64,000 nucleotides of DNA from the human T2T-CHM13v2.0 reference genome, Homo sapiens (GCF_009914755.1 NC_060926.1), one strand, 5' to 3'. Positions 1 to 17,764 are shown, counted from the stretch's first letter. Notes: generated from the letters alone by a model not told the origin. Made by a program: numbers and translations.

Positions 1-100
1 TAGAGACCATGGCCATAATCAGGGGCTGGCCAAGGGAATGAGTATCCCTGGGTTCAACAGCTGTTTCTGAAGACCTGCCAGTTCCCCTGTCTTGCATTAA

Positions 101-649
<549 letters not shown>

Positions 650-815
650 TGAAGTATTTTCTCAATGATCCTCAAAACATTCTAAGACATAAAGTAGCTG
701 TTATTAGTGTGATTTTATGCAGAAACTCAGGCCCAGAAAGCTTCATGGACTTACCCAATTAGCAGAAGAGCCAGGTTTGGGCAGGATCTTGGTTTCCTGC
801 AAAGGTTTCGTTGCC

Positions 816-922
816 TAGCCAGGCGTGGTGGTGTGTACCTGTAGTCCCAGCTACCTGGGGGGCTGGGGTGGGAGGCTCACCTGAGCCCAGGTAGTCAAGG
901 CTGCAGTGAGCCATGATCCTGG
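816..922 (+). mobile_element. Alu right-arm fragment
   Basis: TAGCCAGGCGTGGTGG...GGCTGCAGTGAGCCATGATC, no tail. Confidence 0.8.
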
Positions 923-1246
923 TACCCAGTCCACTCTTCTCTCTACTACATGGTAATCAATGAAAATATTACAGATTTACATTTTTTAACTTTTTATTTA
1001 AACTTTCAGCTTTGGAGTCTCTAAGAGTAAAGATATTATGTGATGATATTTGTATTTTACTTAATTGCTTATTCTTTAAAACATGTAATATAGAAAAAAA
1101 TACAAATTAGCAAATGTCCTTTGCTCTAAAGAAATCAGCTGGCAAGTTTGCCCCACCCAGCAGCAGCCATGTCTTACTCATTTCTGTATCCCCAGCATGC
1201 AGCAAGATGTTTGGCACAATGCAGGCTCTCAATAAATGTTTTTTGA

Positions 1247-1830
1247 GGCTGGGTATGGTGGCTCACACCTGTAGTCCCTGCACTTTGGGAGGCTGAGGCA
1301 GGTAGATCCCTTGAGCCCAGGAGTTCAAGACCACCCTGGGCAACATGGTGAAAACCTGCCTCTACAAAAAACACAAAAATTGGCCGGGCATGGTGGCCCA
1401 TGCCCAGCTACTTGGGAGGCTGAGGTGGAAGGATCACTTGAGCCTGAGAGGTCAAGGCTGCAGTAAGCCGACATTATGCCACCACACTCCAGCCTGGGCA
1501 ACAGAGCAAGACCCTGTCTCAATTTTTTAAAAATTGGCTAGGTGCAGTGGCTCATGTCTGTAATCCCAGCACCTTAGGAGACCGAGGTGGACAGATTGCT
1601 TGAGCTCAGGCATTCAAGACCAGCCTGGGCAACATGGCAAAACCCCATCTCTACAAAAAATACAAAAAAGATTAGCCAGGTGTGTTGGTGCACATCTGTG
1701 GTCCCAGCTACTGGGGAGGGTAAGATGGAAGGATCACTTGACCCCAGGAGGCTGAGGCTGCAGTGAGCCAAGATTGTGCCACTGCACTCCAGCCTGGGCA
1801 ACAGAGCAAGACCCTGTCTCAAAACAATAG
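1247..1830 (+). mobile_element. Two tandem AluJ-like elements (1247-1522, 1536-1830)
   Basis: Two full dimeric Alu bodies with AluJ-type CTTGAGCCCAGGAG / GGTCAAGGCTGCAGT. Confidence 0.92.
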
Positions 1831-2385
1831 CAATAATGTTTGTTGAATTAAGGAATATAAAAGAAATGTGAAAACTATGTATCTAATATTCATTTACATT
1901 TTCACGGACAAGTATGTTCATAGAGTCTATTTGCTATAAAAAATATAGGAGTTGGTTCTAATAGATAAAATTTAGAATCCAGAACATCCGAGATGGAAGG
2001 ACATGGAATGTCGTCTAGCCCCACCCTGGTAAGTATTGGTGGAATCTCTGTAAATTTATCAAGTCCATGCAGTTTCCTTGCTTTTTATTAAAGAAGGGGA
2101 AGTAACAGTATTGACGTCATAGAATTGTTGTGAGGTTAAATGAGATCATCCTGGTAGCACAATGCACAATAAATACACAATAAATATTAGCTGTTATTAG
2201 GATCACAATATTTATTTGTTAAGGGAGTGAAGCTGAGTCCTCACTCACCACTGCATCTTCTTCAGTTATCCTTTCTACCCTCCACCCATTCATCTCCTGT
2301 GCTCCAATAGCTATGTTGGGATCTATGCATGAAAGAGAACTCTCCAGATGGTGAAGGAGATGGAGCATTGCACTAAAGAACACTA

Positions 2386-2670
2386 GGCCAGGCGTGGTGG
2401 CTCACAGTCTGAAGTGCCTTAGCACTTTGGGAGGCTAAGGCAGGAGCATCGCTTGAGCCCAGGAGTTTGAGACCAGCCTGGGCAACATAGTGAGACTTCA
2501 TCTCTACAAAAAAATTAATTAGCCAAGCATGGTGGCACGTGCTTGCAGTCCCAGCTACCCAAGAGGCTGAAGTAGAAAAACTGCTTGAACTCACGAGGTC
2601 AAGGCTGCAGTGAGCCATTATCGCCACACCACTGCACTCTAGCCTGGGTGACAGAGTTAGACTCTTTCTC

Positions 2671-2719
<49 letters not shown>
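2386..2719 (+). mobile_element. AluJ-like element with (CA)n microsatellite tail (2674-2719)
   Basis: Alu consensus followed directly by a pure CA run. Confidence 0.92.
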
Positions 2720-2722
<3 letters not shown>

Positions 2723-4069
2723 GTCTCTCTCTTCCAGCAGGGTTTTGAGGATGGGTTTCGGTAAATGTTTAAAGAGTGGAGATGATTAGAGTATGGACTC
2801 CCTGAAGGTAGGGGAATGGACTTGGCCCAGGGCTACTCATGTCTCTTCCAAAGATATGGAGACATCCCTCTCAGGTCTCTTTGCCCAAACCATGCAGCCT
2901 TCCCTTTTGGATTAAGACCACTGGCCTCCTGCTCTCTCTCACTAGATGGCATCACAGAGAGGTGTTTCAACATGAAGGCAAGGAGACCTACCTCTCCTGG
3001 AGGACATCTTGCAGGAGGCCTGGGAGCACCAAGAAAATGGGCAGCCCCTTACCGTGAGGGAGAGCCACAGCACCCCTCCCCTTCCTCCTCACCATGAGCC
3101 CCATCAGAGCAAGCCAGGCAGGCCAGAAACTGATAGTCTGGCATTACAAGACAGGCTGAGCTTACCTTATCCCTTCTTTCAGGAATTTAGACCAGGAAGT
3201 AGAGAGAGACCAAGCAAGTTAGCAACAAGGACAGAAGCTGGACAGTTATAAAATGGAGAAATTGGGCGGGGCAGCTGCGATGGGCCATGAGTGACTGAAG
3301 TTGTAGGCAAAGAAGAAGTGGGTTTTTGGTGTTTGGAAAACACGAGGAAAAAAGTAGATGCACCAAGAGATAGCAAGAAGCAAGCTGGGATAGAACCCAA
3401 GCACACCCATTGCTGAGTTCCTGCCCCCGTTCCCAGCCAGCCCCTGGAACAGGGCCCAACCTGAAAACCACCTCTGTCCTGAAAAAGCTTAAGTGACTCT
3501 GCTTCTTACCACCAAAAAGCCTGATCAGATCTTGGCCAAGGCATGGACCCAGGGGTCTGGTGACCCATTCTCTAAAAGTGGTGTGTTCTTAGAAAAGTAT
3601 TTCATTTCTGATACTCTGTTTACAGGAAGTTTGTTAAAACCACTGTGAAAAGACTTTTCAAGGAAGCAATGCACTTTGAGGTGTATATATAAGGTAGTCA
3701 AAGAATGCTTATCCCTCCCACACACCCCCATAACCAATAGTGCAAGCTTTACACATACACACACACACACACACAAATACATATACACACACAGAGTGTG
3801 TGCCCTGTCTCAGGTCCAGCTGTCAATATCTCAAAAGCTAGAGGCCCACCAAATGTGGGGTGCTTTTTTTGTGCTTACTGTCCCTGGTGGTGGAAGTTGA
3901 CCTCATTTGAGGCTGAATCTAGGGACAGGCTACTCCCAAGCTCACCACTGCCTGAAGCTCCAAGCTGGCCATCCTTGGGGTGCCAATGGATCTGTTATGC
4001 ACCCAAACCTCCCCACCCCCCACCTTCCAGAAGTCCTCACCCCTGCTTCAGGCTGAGGTGCCCTTCTTC

Positions 4070-7000
4070 TTCAACAAGAAGAGCTAGCTATTCTAAATAT
4101 ATATGCACCCAATACAGGAGCACCCAGATTCATAAAACAAGTTCTTAGAGACCTGTGAAGAGACTTAGACTCCCACGCAATAATAGGGGGAGACATTAAC
4201 ATCTCACTGTCAGTACTAGACAGATCTATGAGACAGAAAATTAACAAGGCTAATCAGGACTTGAACTCAGCTTTGGATCAAGTGGACCTAGTAGACATCT
4301 ACAGAACTCTCTACTCAAATCAACAGAATATACATTCTTCTCAGTGCCACATGGTACTTATTCTAAAATCGACCACATAACTGGAAGTAAAACCCTCCTC
4401 AGCAAATGCGAAAGAACTGAAATCATAACAAACAGTCTCTCAGGCCACAGGGCAATCAAATTAGAACTCAGGATTAAGAAACTCACTCAAAACCACACAA
4501 TTACCTGGAGATTGAACAACCTGCTCCTGAATGACTCCTGGGTGAATCATGAAATTAAGGCAGATATCAAGAATTTCTTTGAAACCAACGAGAACAAAGA
4601 GACAACATACCAGCTTCTCTGGGACACAGCTAAAGCAGTGTGAAGAGGGAAATTTATAGCACTAAATGCTCACATCAGAAAGCTTGAAATATCTCAAATT
4701 GACACCCTAATATCACAATTAAAAGAGCTAGAGAGGCAAGAACAAATTAATCCAAAAGCTAGCATAAGACAAGAAATAACTAAGATCGGAGAAAAATTGA
4801 AGGAGATAGAGACATGAAAAACCCTCCAAAAAATAAATGAATCCAGTAACTGTTTTTTTTAAATTAACAAAATAGACCACTTTAGACTAACAAAGAAGAA
4901 AAGAGAGAAGAATCAAATAGACACAATAAAAAATTACAAAGGGAATATCACCACTGACCCCACAGAAATACAAACTACCATCAGAGAATACTATAAACAC
5001 CTCCACGCAAATAAACTAGAAAATCTGGAAGAAATGGATAAATTCCTGGACACATACACTCTCCCAAGACTACACTAGGAAGAAGTCGAATCCTTGAATA
5101 GACCAATAACAAGTTCTAAAAGTAAGGCAGTAATTAATAGCCTACCAATCAAAAAAAGCCCAGGACCAGATGGATTCACAGCTGTATTCTACCAGAAATA
5201 CAAAGAGGAGCTGGTACTATCATTCCTTCTGAAACTATTCCAAACAATTGAAAAGGAGGGACTCCTCCCTAACTCATTTTGTGAAGCCTGCATCATCCTG
5301 ATACCAAAACCAGGGAAAGACACAACAAAAAAAGAAAACTTCAGGCCAATATCCCTGATGAACATCGATGTGAATATCCTCAGTGAAATACTGGCAAACC
5401 GAATCCAGCAGCACGTCAAAAAACTTATCCGCACGATCAAATCGGTTTCATCCCTGGGATGCAAGGCTTGTTCAACATACACAAATCAATAAACATAATC
5501 CATCACATAAACAGAACCAAAGACAGAAACTCCATGATTATCTCAATAGATGCAGAAAACGCCTTTGAAAAAATTCAACATCCCTTCATGCTAAAAACTC
5601 TCAATAAACTAGGTATTGATGGAACATATCTCAAAATAATCAGAGCTATTTATGACAAACCCACAGCCAACATCATATTGAATGGGCAAAAGCTGGAAGC
5701 ATTCCTTTTGAAAACCGGCACAAGGCCGGTTGCAGTGGTTCACGCCTGTAATCCCAACACTTTGGGAGGCTGAGGCGGGTGGATCACCTGAGGTTGGGAG
5801 TTCAAGACAAGCCTGACCAACATGCAGAAACCCTGTCTCTACTAAAAATACAAAATTAGCCAGGTGTGGTGGCACATGCCTGTAATCCCAGCTACTCATG
5901 AGGCTGAGACAGGAGAATTGCTTGAACTTGGGAGGCGGAGGTTGCAGTGAGCGGAGACTGTATCATTTGCACTCCAGCTTGGGCAACAAGAGTGAAACGC
6001 TGTCTCAAAAAAAAAAAAAAAGAAGAAAAGAAAAAGAAAGAAAGAAAACCAGAACATGACAAGGATGCCCTCTCTCACCACTCCTATTCAACATAGTATT
6101 GGAAGTTCTGGCCAGGGCAATCAAGCAAGAGAAAGAAATAAAGGGTATTCAAATAGGAAGAGAGGAAGTCAAATTGTCTCTGTTTGCAGATGACATGATG
6201 TTATATTTAGAAAACCCTGTCATTGAACTGATAAGCAACTTCAGCAAAGTCTCAGGATACAAAATCAATGTGTAAAAATCACAAGCATTCCTTTATACCA
6301 GCAATAGACAAGCAGAGAGCCAAATCATGAATGAACTCCCATTCACAGTCGCTACAAAGAGAAGAAAATACCTAGGAATACAGCCAACAAGGGACTTGAA
6401 GGACTTCTTCAAGGAGAACTACAAACCACTTCTCAAGGAAATAAGAGAGGACACAAACAAATGGAAAAACATTCCATCCTCATGGGTAGGAAGAATCAAT
6501 ATCGTGAAAACGATCATGCTACCCAAAGTAATTTATAGATTTAATGCTATTCCTATGGAACTACCATTGACATTCTTCACAGAATTAGAAAAAAAAATTT
6601 TAAATTTCATATGGAATCAAAGAAGACCCTGTATAGCCAAGACAAGTCTAAGCAAAAAGAACAAAGCTGGAGGCATCACGCTACCTGACTTCAAACTATA
6701 CTACAAGGCTACAGTAACCAAGACGGCATGGTACTGGTACCAAAACAGATATATAAAAACCAATGGAGCAGAACAGAAACCTCAGAAATAACACCACACA
6801 TCTACAACCATCTGATCTTTGACAAACCTGACAAAAACAAGCCATGGGGAAAGGATCGCCTATTCAGTAAATGGTGTTGGGAAAACTGGCTAGCCATATG
6901 CAGAAGACTGAAACTGGACCCCTTCCTTACACCTTATACAAAAATTAATTCAAGATGGATTAAAGACTTAAATGTAAAACCCAAAAACCCTGGAAGAAAA

Positions 7001-8075
7001 CCTAGGCAATACCATTCAGGACATAGGCATGGGCAAAGACTTCATGACTAAAACACCAAAAGCAATGGCAACAAAAGCCAAAATTGACAAATGGGATCTA
7101 ATTAAACTAAAGAGCTTCTACACAGCAAAAGAAACTATCGTCAGTGTGAACAACCTACAGAATGGGAGAAAATGTTTACAATCTACCCATCTGACAAAGG
7201 TCTAATATCCAGAATTTACAAGGAACTTAAATTTACAGGAAAATAAACAAATGACCCCATCAAAAAGTGAGCAAAGGATATGAACAGACACTTATCAAAA
7301 GAAGACATTTATGCAGCCAACAAACATGAAAAAGAGCTCAACATCACTTATCATCAGAGAAATGCAAATCAAAACCACAGTGAGATACCATCTCACACCA
7401 ATCAGAATGGCGATTATTAAAAGTCAGGAAACAATAGATGCTGACAAGGCTGTGGAGAAATAGGAACGCTTTTACACTGTTAGTGGGAAAGTAAATTAGT
7501 TCAACCAATATGGAAGACAGTGTGGTGATTCTGCAAGGATATAGAACCAGAAATACCATTTGACCCAGCAATCCCATTACTGGGTATATACCCAAAGGAA
7601 TATAAATCATTCTACTATAAAGACACATGCACACGTATTTTTATTGCGGCACTGTTTACAATAGCAAAGACGTGAAACCAACTTAAATGCCCATAAATGA
7701 TAGACTGAATAAAGAAAATGTGGTACTATACACCACGGAATACTCTGCAGCCATAAAAAGGAATGAGATCATGTCCTGTGCAGGGACATGGATGAATCTG
7801 GAAGCCATCATCCTCAGCAAACTAACACAGGAACAGAAAACCAAATACTCCATGTTCTCACTCATAAGTGGGAGTTGAACAATGAGAACACATGGCCACA
7901 GAGAGGGGAACAACACACACCAGGGCCTGTTGGTGGGTGGCGGGTGAGGGGAGGGAACTTAGAGGACAGGTTAATAGGTGCAGCAAACCACCGTGACACA
8001 TATACCTATGTAACAAACCTGCACATTCTGCACATGTATCCCATTTTTTTTTTAGAAGAAATAAAAAAAAAGAAG
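4070..8075 (+). mobile_element. 5'-truncated LINE-1 (L1PA8-like), disrupted ORF2 plus 3' UTR and A tail
   Basis: ORF fragments match L1 ORF2 ([36 protein letters not shown] = FADD, IKRNEIMS); many stops and frameshifts; 3' UTR CTGCACATGTATCCC then A-rich tail. Confidence 0.95.
5724..6043 (+). mobile_element. Alu (AluS-like) inserted in L1 ORF2
   Basis: Alu body; degenerate TSD GAAAACCGGCACAA (5710-5723) / GAAAACCAGAACAT (6044-6057). Confidence 0.93.
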
Positions 8076-8786
8076 CCCTAGGAAAAGAGCAATCGGTGAG
8101 AGAGCACCCCAATCCCACCCCTGGCTCCAAGCCATTGGAACAGCAAGTTTAGTCTACCCTGGGAGTGAGGTGCTGATGTGGTAGGGGCAGCCCTGGGTGA
8201 AATATGAGAGTGAAGTTTTAAAGCAGACAATAAGACTGAGTTTTAACCAAAATCAGACTGTGTTAGCAACTGATATTGACTAACAAATTACAGACTGCAT
8301 CATTGAGGAAAGCTGCTAGTAAGCTGGACATCTGGCAGTTTACAGCAATCACTGGAAAAATAAAGTCATTTCTCCAGTCAGATGAGGTTCACAGGGGAAA
8401 AAAGTCATTTTATTTATCACTCAATGAGTCGGTTTTACTCAAACAATTCACACTACAGTCATCACCAGAATTCCCAGCTTCTGATGTCAAAAAGATACTA
8501 AGGAATGATAGCTGATGGAAAAATAAGGAGCAAGAGGGTGAAGTGGAGGTACAGCGCAGGCCAGCAAGGAATCCAGGACTGGATTCGGTCTCTGAGGGTC
8601 ACAATATAGAGCATGGCAGGTTGCAGTTAGTAAAAGGATATTGTGTACTTGGCAATAAGAGAAGCTAGTATCTCAGAGAAGACCAAAAAAATGAAAATCT
8701 TTATATATTTGAACAGGTTTGAATTATCAGTTGAGTTAAACTGAAAACAATGATATGATCCCTTGACATTTAAAAAATATATCTTG

Positions 8787-9090
8787 GGCCAGGTGCGGTG
8801 GCTCACGCCGGTAATCCCAGCACTTTGGGAGGCCGAGGTGGGCAGATCACGAGGTCAGGAGTTCAAGACCAGCCTGGCCAATATAGTGAAACCCCATCTC
8901 TACTAAAAATATGAAAAATTAGCTGGGCATGGTAGCACATGCTTGCAGTCCCAGTTACTTGGGAGGCTGAGGGAGGAGAATTGTTTGAACCCAGGAGGCG
9001 GAGGTTACAGTGAGCTGAGATCACGCCACTGCACTCCAGCCTGGGTGATACAGCAAGACTCTGTCTCAAAAAAAAATAATAAAAATAAAG
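8787..9090 (+). mobile_element. Alu (AluS-like)
   Basis: Full dimer with A-rich tail. Confidence 0.93.
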
Positions 9091-9203
9091 ATAAATTTAT
9101 ATATATATATTTTTTTCTGGGTCTGCCTCTCATGTGGCCTACTGTGCTGTCACTCACTCCCAGCATCAAATAGAGTGACCTCACATGTGCCCAAAGCACC
9201 CAG

Positions 9204-9273
9204 ATTTTGGTCTCAAATGCAGTTCCCCAGTAAAAGGAATTTTGGTCTCAAATGCAGTTCCCCAGTAAAAGGA
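9204..9273. repeat. Perfect 35-bp tandem duplication
   Basis: ATTTTGGTCTCAAATGCAGTTCCCCAGTAAAAGGA at 9204-9238 and 9239-9273. Confidence 0.95.
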
Positions 9274-10033
9274 ACGAGGGTTCCTTGAAAAGTATCTGAG
9301 CAAGGATAATTTACATCCTAGAGCAAGGATAATTAAGATGGGTCTGAAGCATCAATTTGCTGCCAGAAAGAAAGTATGCTTCCAAAACTATCCAGAGCAG
9401 TTTTAAAGGCTAAAGAAGTCGGCTTAAAGGGACTCTCAATCAGCAAAGTATGATGGTTTTCGCATTTGAAAGAAAGCAATAGTTCTCTGCAGAGCCGTAT
9501 GAGGCATGTTAAAGGAAACAAAAAGAAAGAGAAAAGAAATAAAGAAGAAGAAAGGCATGTACAATATTTTAATGATGTTTACAGTTGATTGACCAAGCTG
9601 AACTACACGCATACTATATTCAAGTACTCAAGTTTTGGTCAACTTCACAATTTCATTATTGCAAATCAAGCAGTTAAAAGATTCATTGCAATCCTAGTAG
9701 GGGGTCCAGAATCTTAACAGCTCTACTCAGGCAAGGAAAATTTATGGAGGATCCTACTATAACAGAAAAGATAAATAGTCTTGGATAGTCTAATTCTGCC
9801 CACAGATACCCAGCCTAATAGAGCCCAGCTTATGATGAATCTCCTGGAAGCCTTTCTGGCCCCCTGTCCTGCGCACGAGGACCCCCCAGCAGCTCAGCTT
9901 ACTGCACCTCAGCATGAAGCGGCCTGAGATGATGGCTCTGTGACCTTGGGTTAGGAGAGTATGTCTGTAACCCCAGGAAGAATAAAAGAATCTATTCAAA
10001 TTTTCCATTGATACATTTATGCTGGTTAGTTTA

Positions 10034-10432
<399 letters not shown>

Positions 10433-10554
10433 AGAGAATCTTAACTGTTACATTTCTGTGTCTATTTTTTTTTTTTTTTGGATTTTTGAGAGTTGCTTTA
10501 AGGCTTAGGAAGATTTTACTTATTAAATTTGAAACACTACTTTCTGTGGGAGAC

Positions 10555-11083
10555 TTGATGGCTAGTTTTATGTGTCAACTTGACTGGGCCAAGAGACACC
10601 CAAATATTTGGTTAAACATTCTGAGCATGACTGTGAGGGTGTTCTGGATGAGGTTAACATTTGAATTGGTGGACTGTGCAAAGCAGGTTGCCTTCCCCAG
10701 TGTAGGTGCACCTCCTCCAGTCCATTGAAGGCCAGAATAGAACCAAAGGCACAGTGAGAAGGAATTCTCCTGCTCTGCCTGACTGTCTTAGAACTGGGAC
10801 ATCAGTCTTCTCCTGCCTTCTGACTCAGCCTCAGCCTTGGCTCTCCTGCCTTTTTAGCACTTTGGACTCAGACTGGAACTACACCATCAGCCCTCTTGGG
10901 TTTCCAGCTTGCCAGCTGCAAATCTTGAGTCTTCTCAGTGTCCATAATTGCATGAGCCAATTCCTTATAATGTCTCTTTAAATAAACATTTGCACGCACA
11001 CACACACACTCACACACACACACCCGTGTGCATGCACACATATTCTACTGGTTCTGTTTCTCTGGAGAACCCTGACTAATACA
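10555..11083 (+). mobile_element. MLT2-family (ERVL) solo LTR with internal CA repeat
   Basis: TTTTATGTGTCAACTTGACTGGGC start; TTCTGTTTCTCTGGAGAACCCTGACTAATACA end. Confidence 0.85.
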
Positions 11084-11867
11084 GCAGGTTAACATATTTA
11101 AGAGAATCAGCTAAATTAAATTTGAAAGTGTGGTTTGAAATGTCTAAGGAAATTTGATCAATTAAGTACAGAAGTGGTACAGTATAATTAAGAAAGATTT
11201 AATCTGTAAACCCTAGGAATTAACTGAATGTTAATCAAAGACAAGTAGAAAAAAATCTCATTTTTTATACAAAAATTACTGGACTTATTAATAAGATGAC
11301 AATATTTGTAAATTGGCACTTTAGGTTTAAGAGACATAGGGTATTCAAACTTACTGCTTTAATACAGTACTGAAAATGTTAGTAACTCTTAAGTATTCCT
11401 TTTATGTCCAAAAGCCCCCCAAGAAATTTTTTAAACCCATCTTATGCTGTGTCAACCATGGTTTCCTGGGGGCTTATCCATGTATTCATTTCCTGTTTAT
11501 CCCCTAATCTAGCCCCGGTCACTCACCCTTGCAGGCCTCCCAGGGCCGTTTCACTGTGACTTTGGCAGGCTTGGTCCATCATCAGTAAACCCCCGCCCCA
11601 CCTCCTCTCGTTTGCTTGCTCTCCGCAAAGCTTGGCTGTCTTTGCTGAGGACACCACAGCCCTCTCCAGTGAAGTCACTTTCTTCCCCATATTCCCCTGA
11701 AATCAGGGCAGAATGCATGTTCCCTTTTCTCCCCACAGCCATTTCCTCCTATACATACCCCAGCTCCTTTGAAACGCATGCCACCAGACCATTCCAGTAC
11801 CCCCCATCCTTGCTGCTATCTACCAGCTTCCTGGTTGCTTCCTCTCATTCTTGAATTGTTTCAGTGC

Positions 11868-12425
11868 TGTGGTGTGATCCCTGATCTTTACCACTCCCCC
11901 TTTCCCCAGTGGCCAATGCCACTGAAAGAATAGTTTATTACTTGCAGTTCCTGAGAGGAGGGAGGCACACCATGCCACACAGAGCCACCCACCTGGGGAA
12001 ACACCAGGTCAGTCAGGAGGGAGGCAGAAGGAGCCAGGGGAAGGCATGGCCCAGAGGCTTCATTGTGGTTTTTTGAAGGAATAGGCAAGGCAGGGTAGTC
12101 ACACTGAAGCAAGCGTAGGATTGGGTAGTTAAGATGCTTTCAGTGGGCTGTGGAGGATAGGGGTATTCTCCAGTTGTCCAGTACCTAATCCTGGGGATAT
12201 TTAGAGCCAGGAGAATACTGACTTGGAGTGTGAAAAGTAAATAAAAGAGGTGGTTGGGGTATGGGCTGTGGATTGGTTGGTTTGCATATGAAAGGCGTGC
12301 TCATGGGAGAGTCATTCGCCATCACTAGGAACCAGTGCCCTGGGAGGGGCAGTCTTTCCAGGATTAGTAAGGCCTCCCAGATGTCAAAGCTTCATAAAAT
12401 ATAGAAAATAAAAATGATTAATATA
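11868..12425 (-). mobile_element. Probable ERVL-type solo LTR (MER76-like)
   Basis: Resemblance to recalled LTR consensus; purine-rich block interrupting pyrimidine-rich L2-like sequence. Confidence 0.45.
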
Positions 12426-12429
12426 CCCC

Positions 12430-13850
12430 CTAACTTTTAATCATCTTCTCTTCCACCTCACCGCAGCTCCCGCAGACATGCCCTTGACCTTGTCATCACC
12501 AAATGGATACCACCTCTGAAAGGTCCATTTCAAGACTCCCACCCACCCTGTACTCACCTCCTTATACTTCTACCTGGCTTACTATGGTGACCCCATTAGA
12601 ACATTCCTTATGTTCCACCAGGCCAATGATCTCGCTATCTCTTCCTTCTGCAAAGTGTCTAGGAACAAAGTGCTTAGGAGCAGCACAGGGCACATGGTGT
12701 GTAACATTTAGGTGTTAAGTAAAATAGACACCCCACAGGCCCTCACTGTCCTCCCTGCTGGCTGAGAGTTCATGGTCCATCACTATGTCATCACTTCTTT
12801 GCAAACACCCTCACCAACCTTGCCCCTTTCTCTCCACTTTGTACTTGACTGGCAAACCCAGCTCTAATTAAACCCAACTATCCATCTATTTATTCTTGTA
12901 CCTGAGCATCCCAACATTGTTGGAAAGAATCACACAACCATACTAACTTGTCTCACCAACGTTGTGGTTTTGTCCCAGATCCCAAATGGGCACTCAACGG
13001 TACACAACAATCATTTCATTTTCCTGGTAGAAAGGTCTTTCTTTTCCTCACCTAGAAATGTACATCTCTTCTGCTTTCTTCAAACCTTCACCACTCCCTC
13101 CCTACTCTGTCCCCACTGCACTTTCACCTGATGACCTCACTCCATAGATCACTGGGAAAAAGAAGCAGCATCCAATAAGGACAACCTCTCTTCCCAGCAC
13201 GACTTCACCAGCCTGGGCCCATTGACCATAGCTTCCCTCCCGTTACAGTGAGGAAGTGCTCCTGACCCCCCTCCTCCTCCCTACCCCGGACCCATCCCCT
13301 CTTACCTACCCATGGAGAACCTTCCTGCAGTGGTCCCTCTCTCTGGCAACAAACAAAACAAACGAAGCCCTCCTTGCACCCCATGTGCACCTTGAACCAT
13401 CACCCCATCTTTACTCCTCTTCACAGCCAGAAGAGTGGTCCATATTCCTCACTGCCCATTCTCTCTTCAACCATTCGAACATTCCTGCTCACCTCACAGA
13501 TCAGCTCTCATCTAGGTCACCAGTGACCTGCCATTGCCATTAGAATAACATGCAAGGACCTCACTCCAGCTTACAAGACTGTGGCAGTCCAGCCCCTGCC
13601 CACCTCCCCAAAGTCCCCTCCCACCTTCCCCTCAGGCTTCCCTCTCATCCAGCCACACTGGACTTTCTGCCCCCTGGGCCCACAATCCCATTCCTGCCCT
13701 TGGGCCTTGGACCTGGCCATTTCCTCTGCTGAGGACATTTTCCACACATACAGCCCTCTCATGCTTCCCCTCACTCAGGTTTCAGCATAGACATACCCTT
13801 TACGGAGAGGCCTTCCCTTACCACCTTAGCTAAGAACCCCCTACCCTACC
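12430..13850 (+). mobile_element. Degraded L2 LINE
   Basis: CCTTGACCTTGTCATCACC and GAGAGGCCTTCCCTTACCACC L2-type motifs. Confidence 0.6.
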
Positions 13851-13888
13851 TTTTTTTTTTTTTTTAACTCTGGTAAGATAAGTCTTTA

Positions 13889-14228
<340 letters not shown>

Positions 14229-15469
14229 TTATGTTTGCAAGTGCTGAATAAATACAAAATATAAAATAAACGAATGAGCAAACACTTACGGGAAGTTTGG
14301 CCAAACCCACAAGTAGCAGAGAGGAGGGGGCAAGAAGTCAGACTCCAGCTAGCAGAGCCAGGGCCTGTGTGTGGGTTCTGCCGCTAAGATGCCTGGCTGG
14401 CTGGCAGCCCAGGAGCACCATTTATGGGCACAATTGTGGGCCCAATTCACAACCCCCGCAGTGCACTCCTGGGTGTTGTCCCCAGCCAGGGCCACCTGGC
14501 AGGGGGAAGACGGGCTCCACAGCAGGAGCAGACCACAGCCAGCCCCAGACCTAGAGTAGGACATTCCTGAAAAGGAGAATCCCAGCAGAGGAGGAGAAGG
14601 GACAAGAGATCTGTCACAGCCATTCCTGAATCCCGACAAACAGCAGCAGCTCAGTGCTGCCTCCCACCCAGCTGGCAGCCGGGCAGCTGGGCAGCCTGTG
14701 CTGACGGGGCTGGACATTTGCAACACTCTGGCCTCACCTAGAGGGTTGTAAGGAGGTTTTGGAACCATATAAGCTTCAGCTCTGAGAGCCTGCCTCCTAA
14801 ACCTAAAGTCACCCAAGGTGCTTCCCTCTGGGGCCTTGCCCGTTTTGTTGTGGCTGCTTCTTTCTCAATGCCATCCACTTCTGCACTCAGGAGAGGATCT
14901 GGCTGAGAGCTGGGATTGGACCAACTCTCACCTCACCAGTCTCTACAGGAAAAGCACTCCAACCTGCCCCTTTGACCACCCATAAATTCCAAAGAGTCTT
15001 CTAGAGTTCAGATACCCGGGAACCACCCTGTGGAGAAGTGGCCGTTACCTCCTTTGTGGCCCTACCAGAGGGAAGAGGGGAGGACTCTTTGCTCCCAGGG
15101 GTTCATGTGTCTGCTTTAATGATCAGGGAGCTACGGAGGACTGTGACTTTTTCTTATCGGTGTTTTGCCCCCATCACTTGGCACAGGGTAGGAGCTGAAT
15201 GAATAAGTGTAAGAACACATAAGTGGGAGCATTTCAGATATTCAGAAAGCGATGAAGGAGGAGCTGTTGGAGATGGTTGTACCTGCAAGCACGGGATGCA
15301 GATGACCACACACTCTGACTGGGAAGCCCAGCTTCAGGCAAAACACCTGCCTACCCCATGGGTTCTCACTCCTGACTCCTGAAAAATAACTCTCCCAGGT
15401 GCTTCAGTTGAACGGTTGATAAATGTTCTATCAGCTCTGCGGTAGGATTGGCCAACCTACATATATATG

Positions 15470-17550
<2,081 letters not shown>

Positions 17551-17764
17551 GAGGTCACATTGCACTATTTACATACAAACAACTGAGCAGCCAAAATTGG
17601 GGGGGGGTGCTCAGAAACAGAACAGACTTTAATAATAATAGCTAATGGCTAGGCGGCACAAACCGTGAGGCACAGGTTACATATACACCAACTCATTTTA
17701 TCACACAGCTAGTAAGGGGTGGAGCCCGGCTTTAACCCTAGGCAGTCTGTTTTCACCCTCTGTA

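Noticed and set aside
4344-7916. Reverse transcriptase/endonuclease-like ORFs as a novel retroelement system
   Set aside because: Frameshifted fragments of an ordinary truncated L1 ORF2
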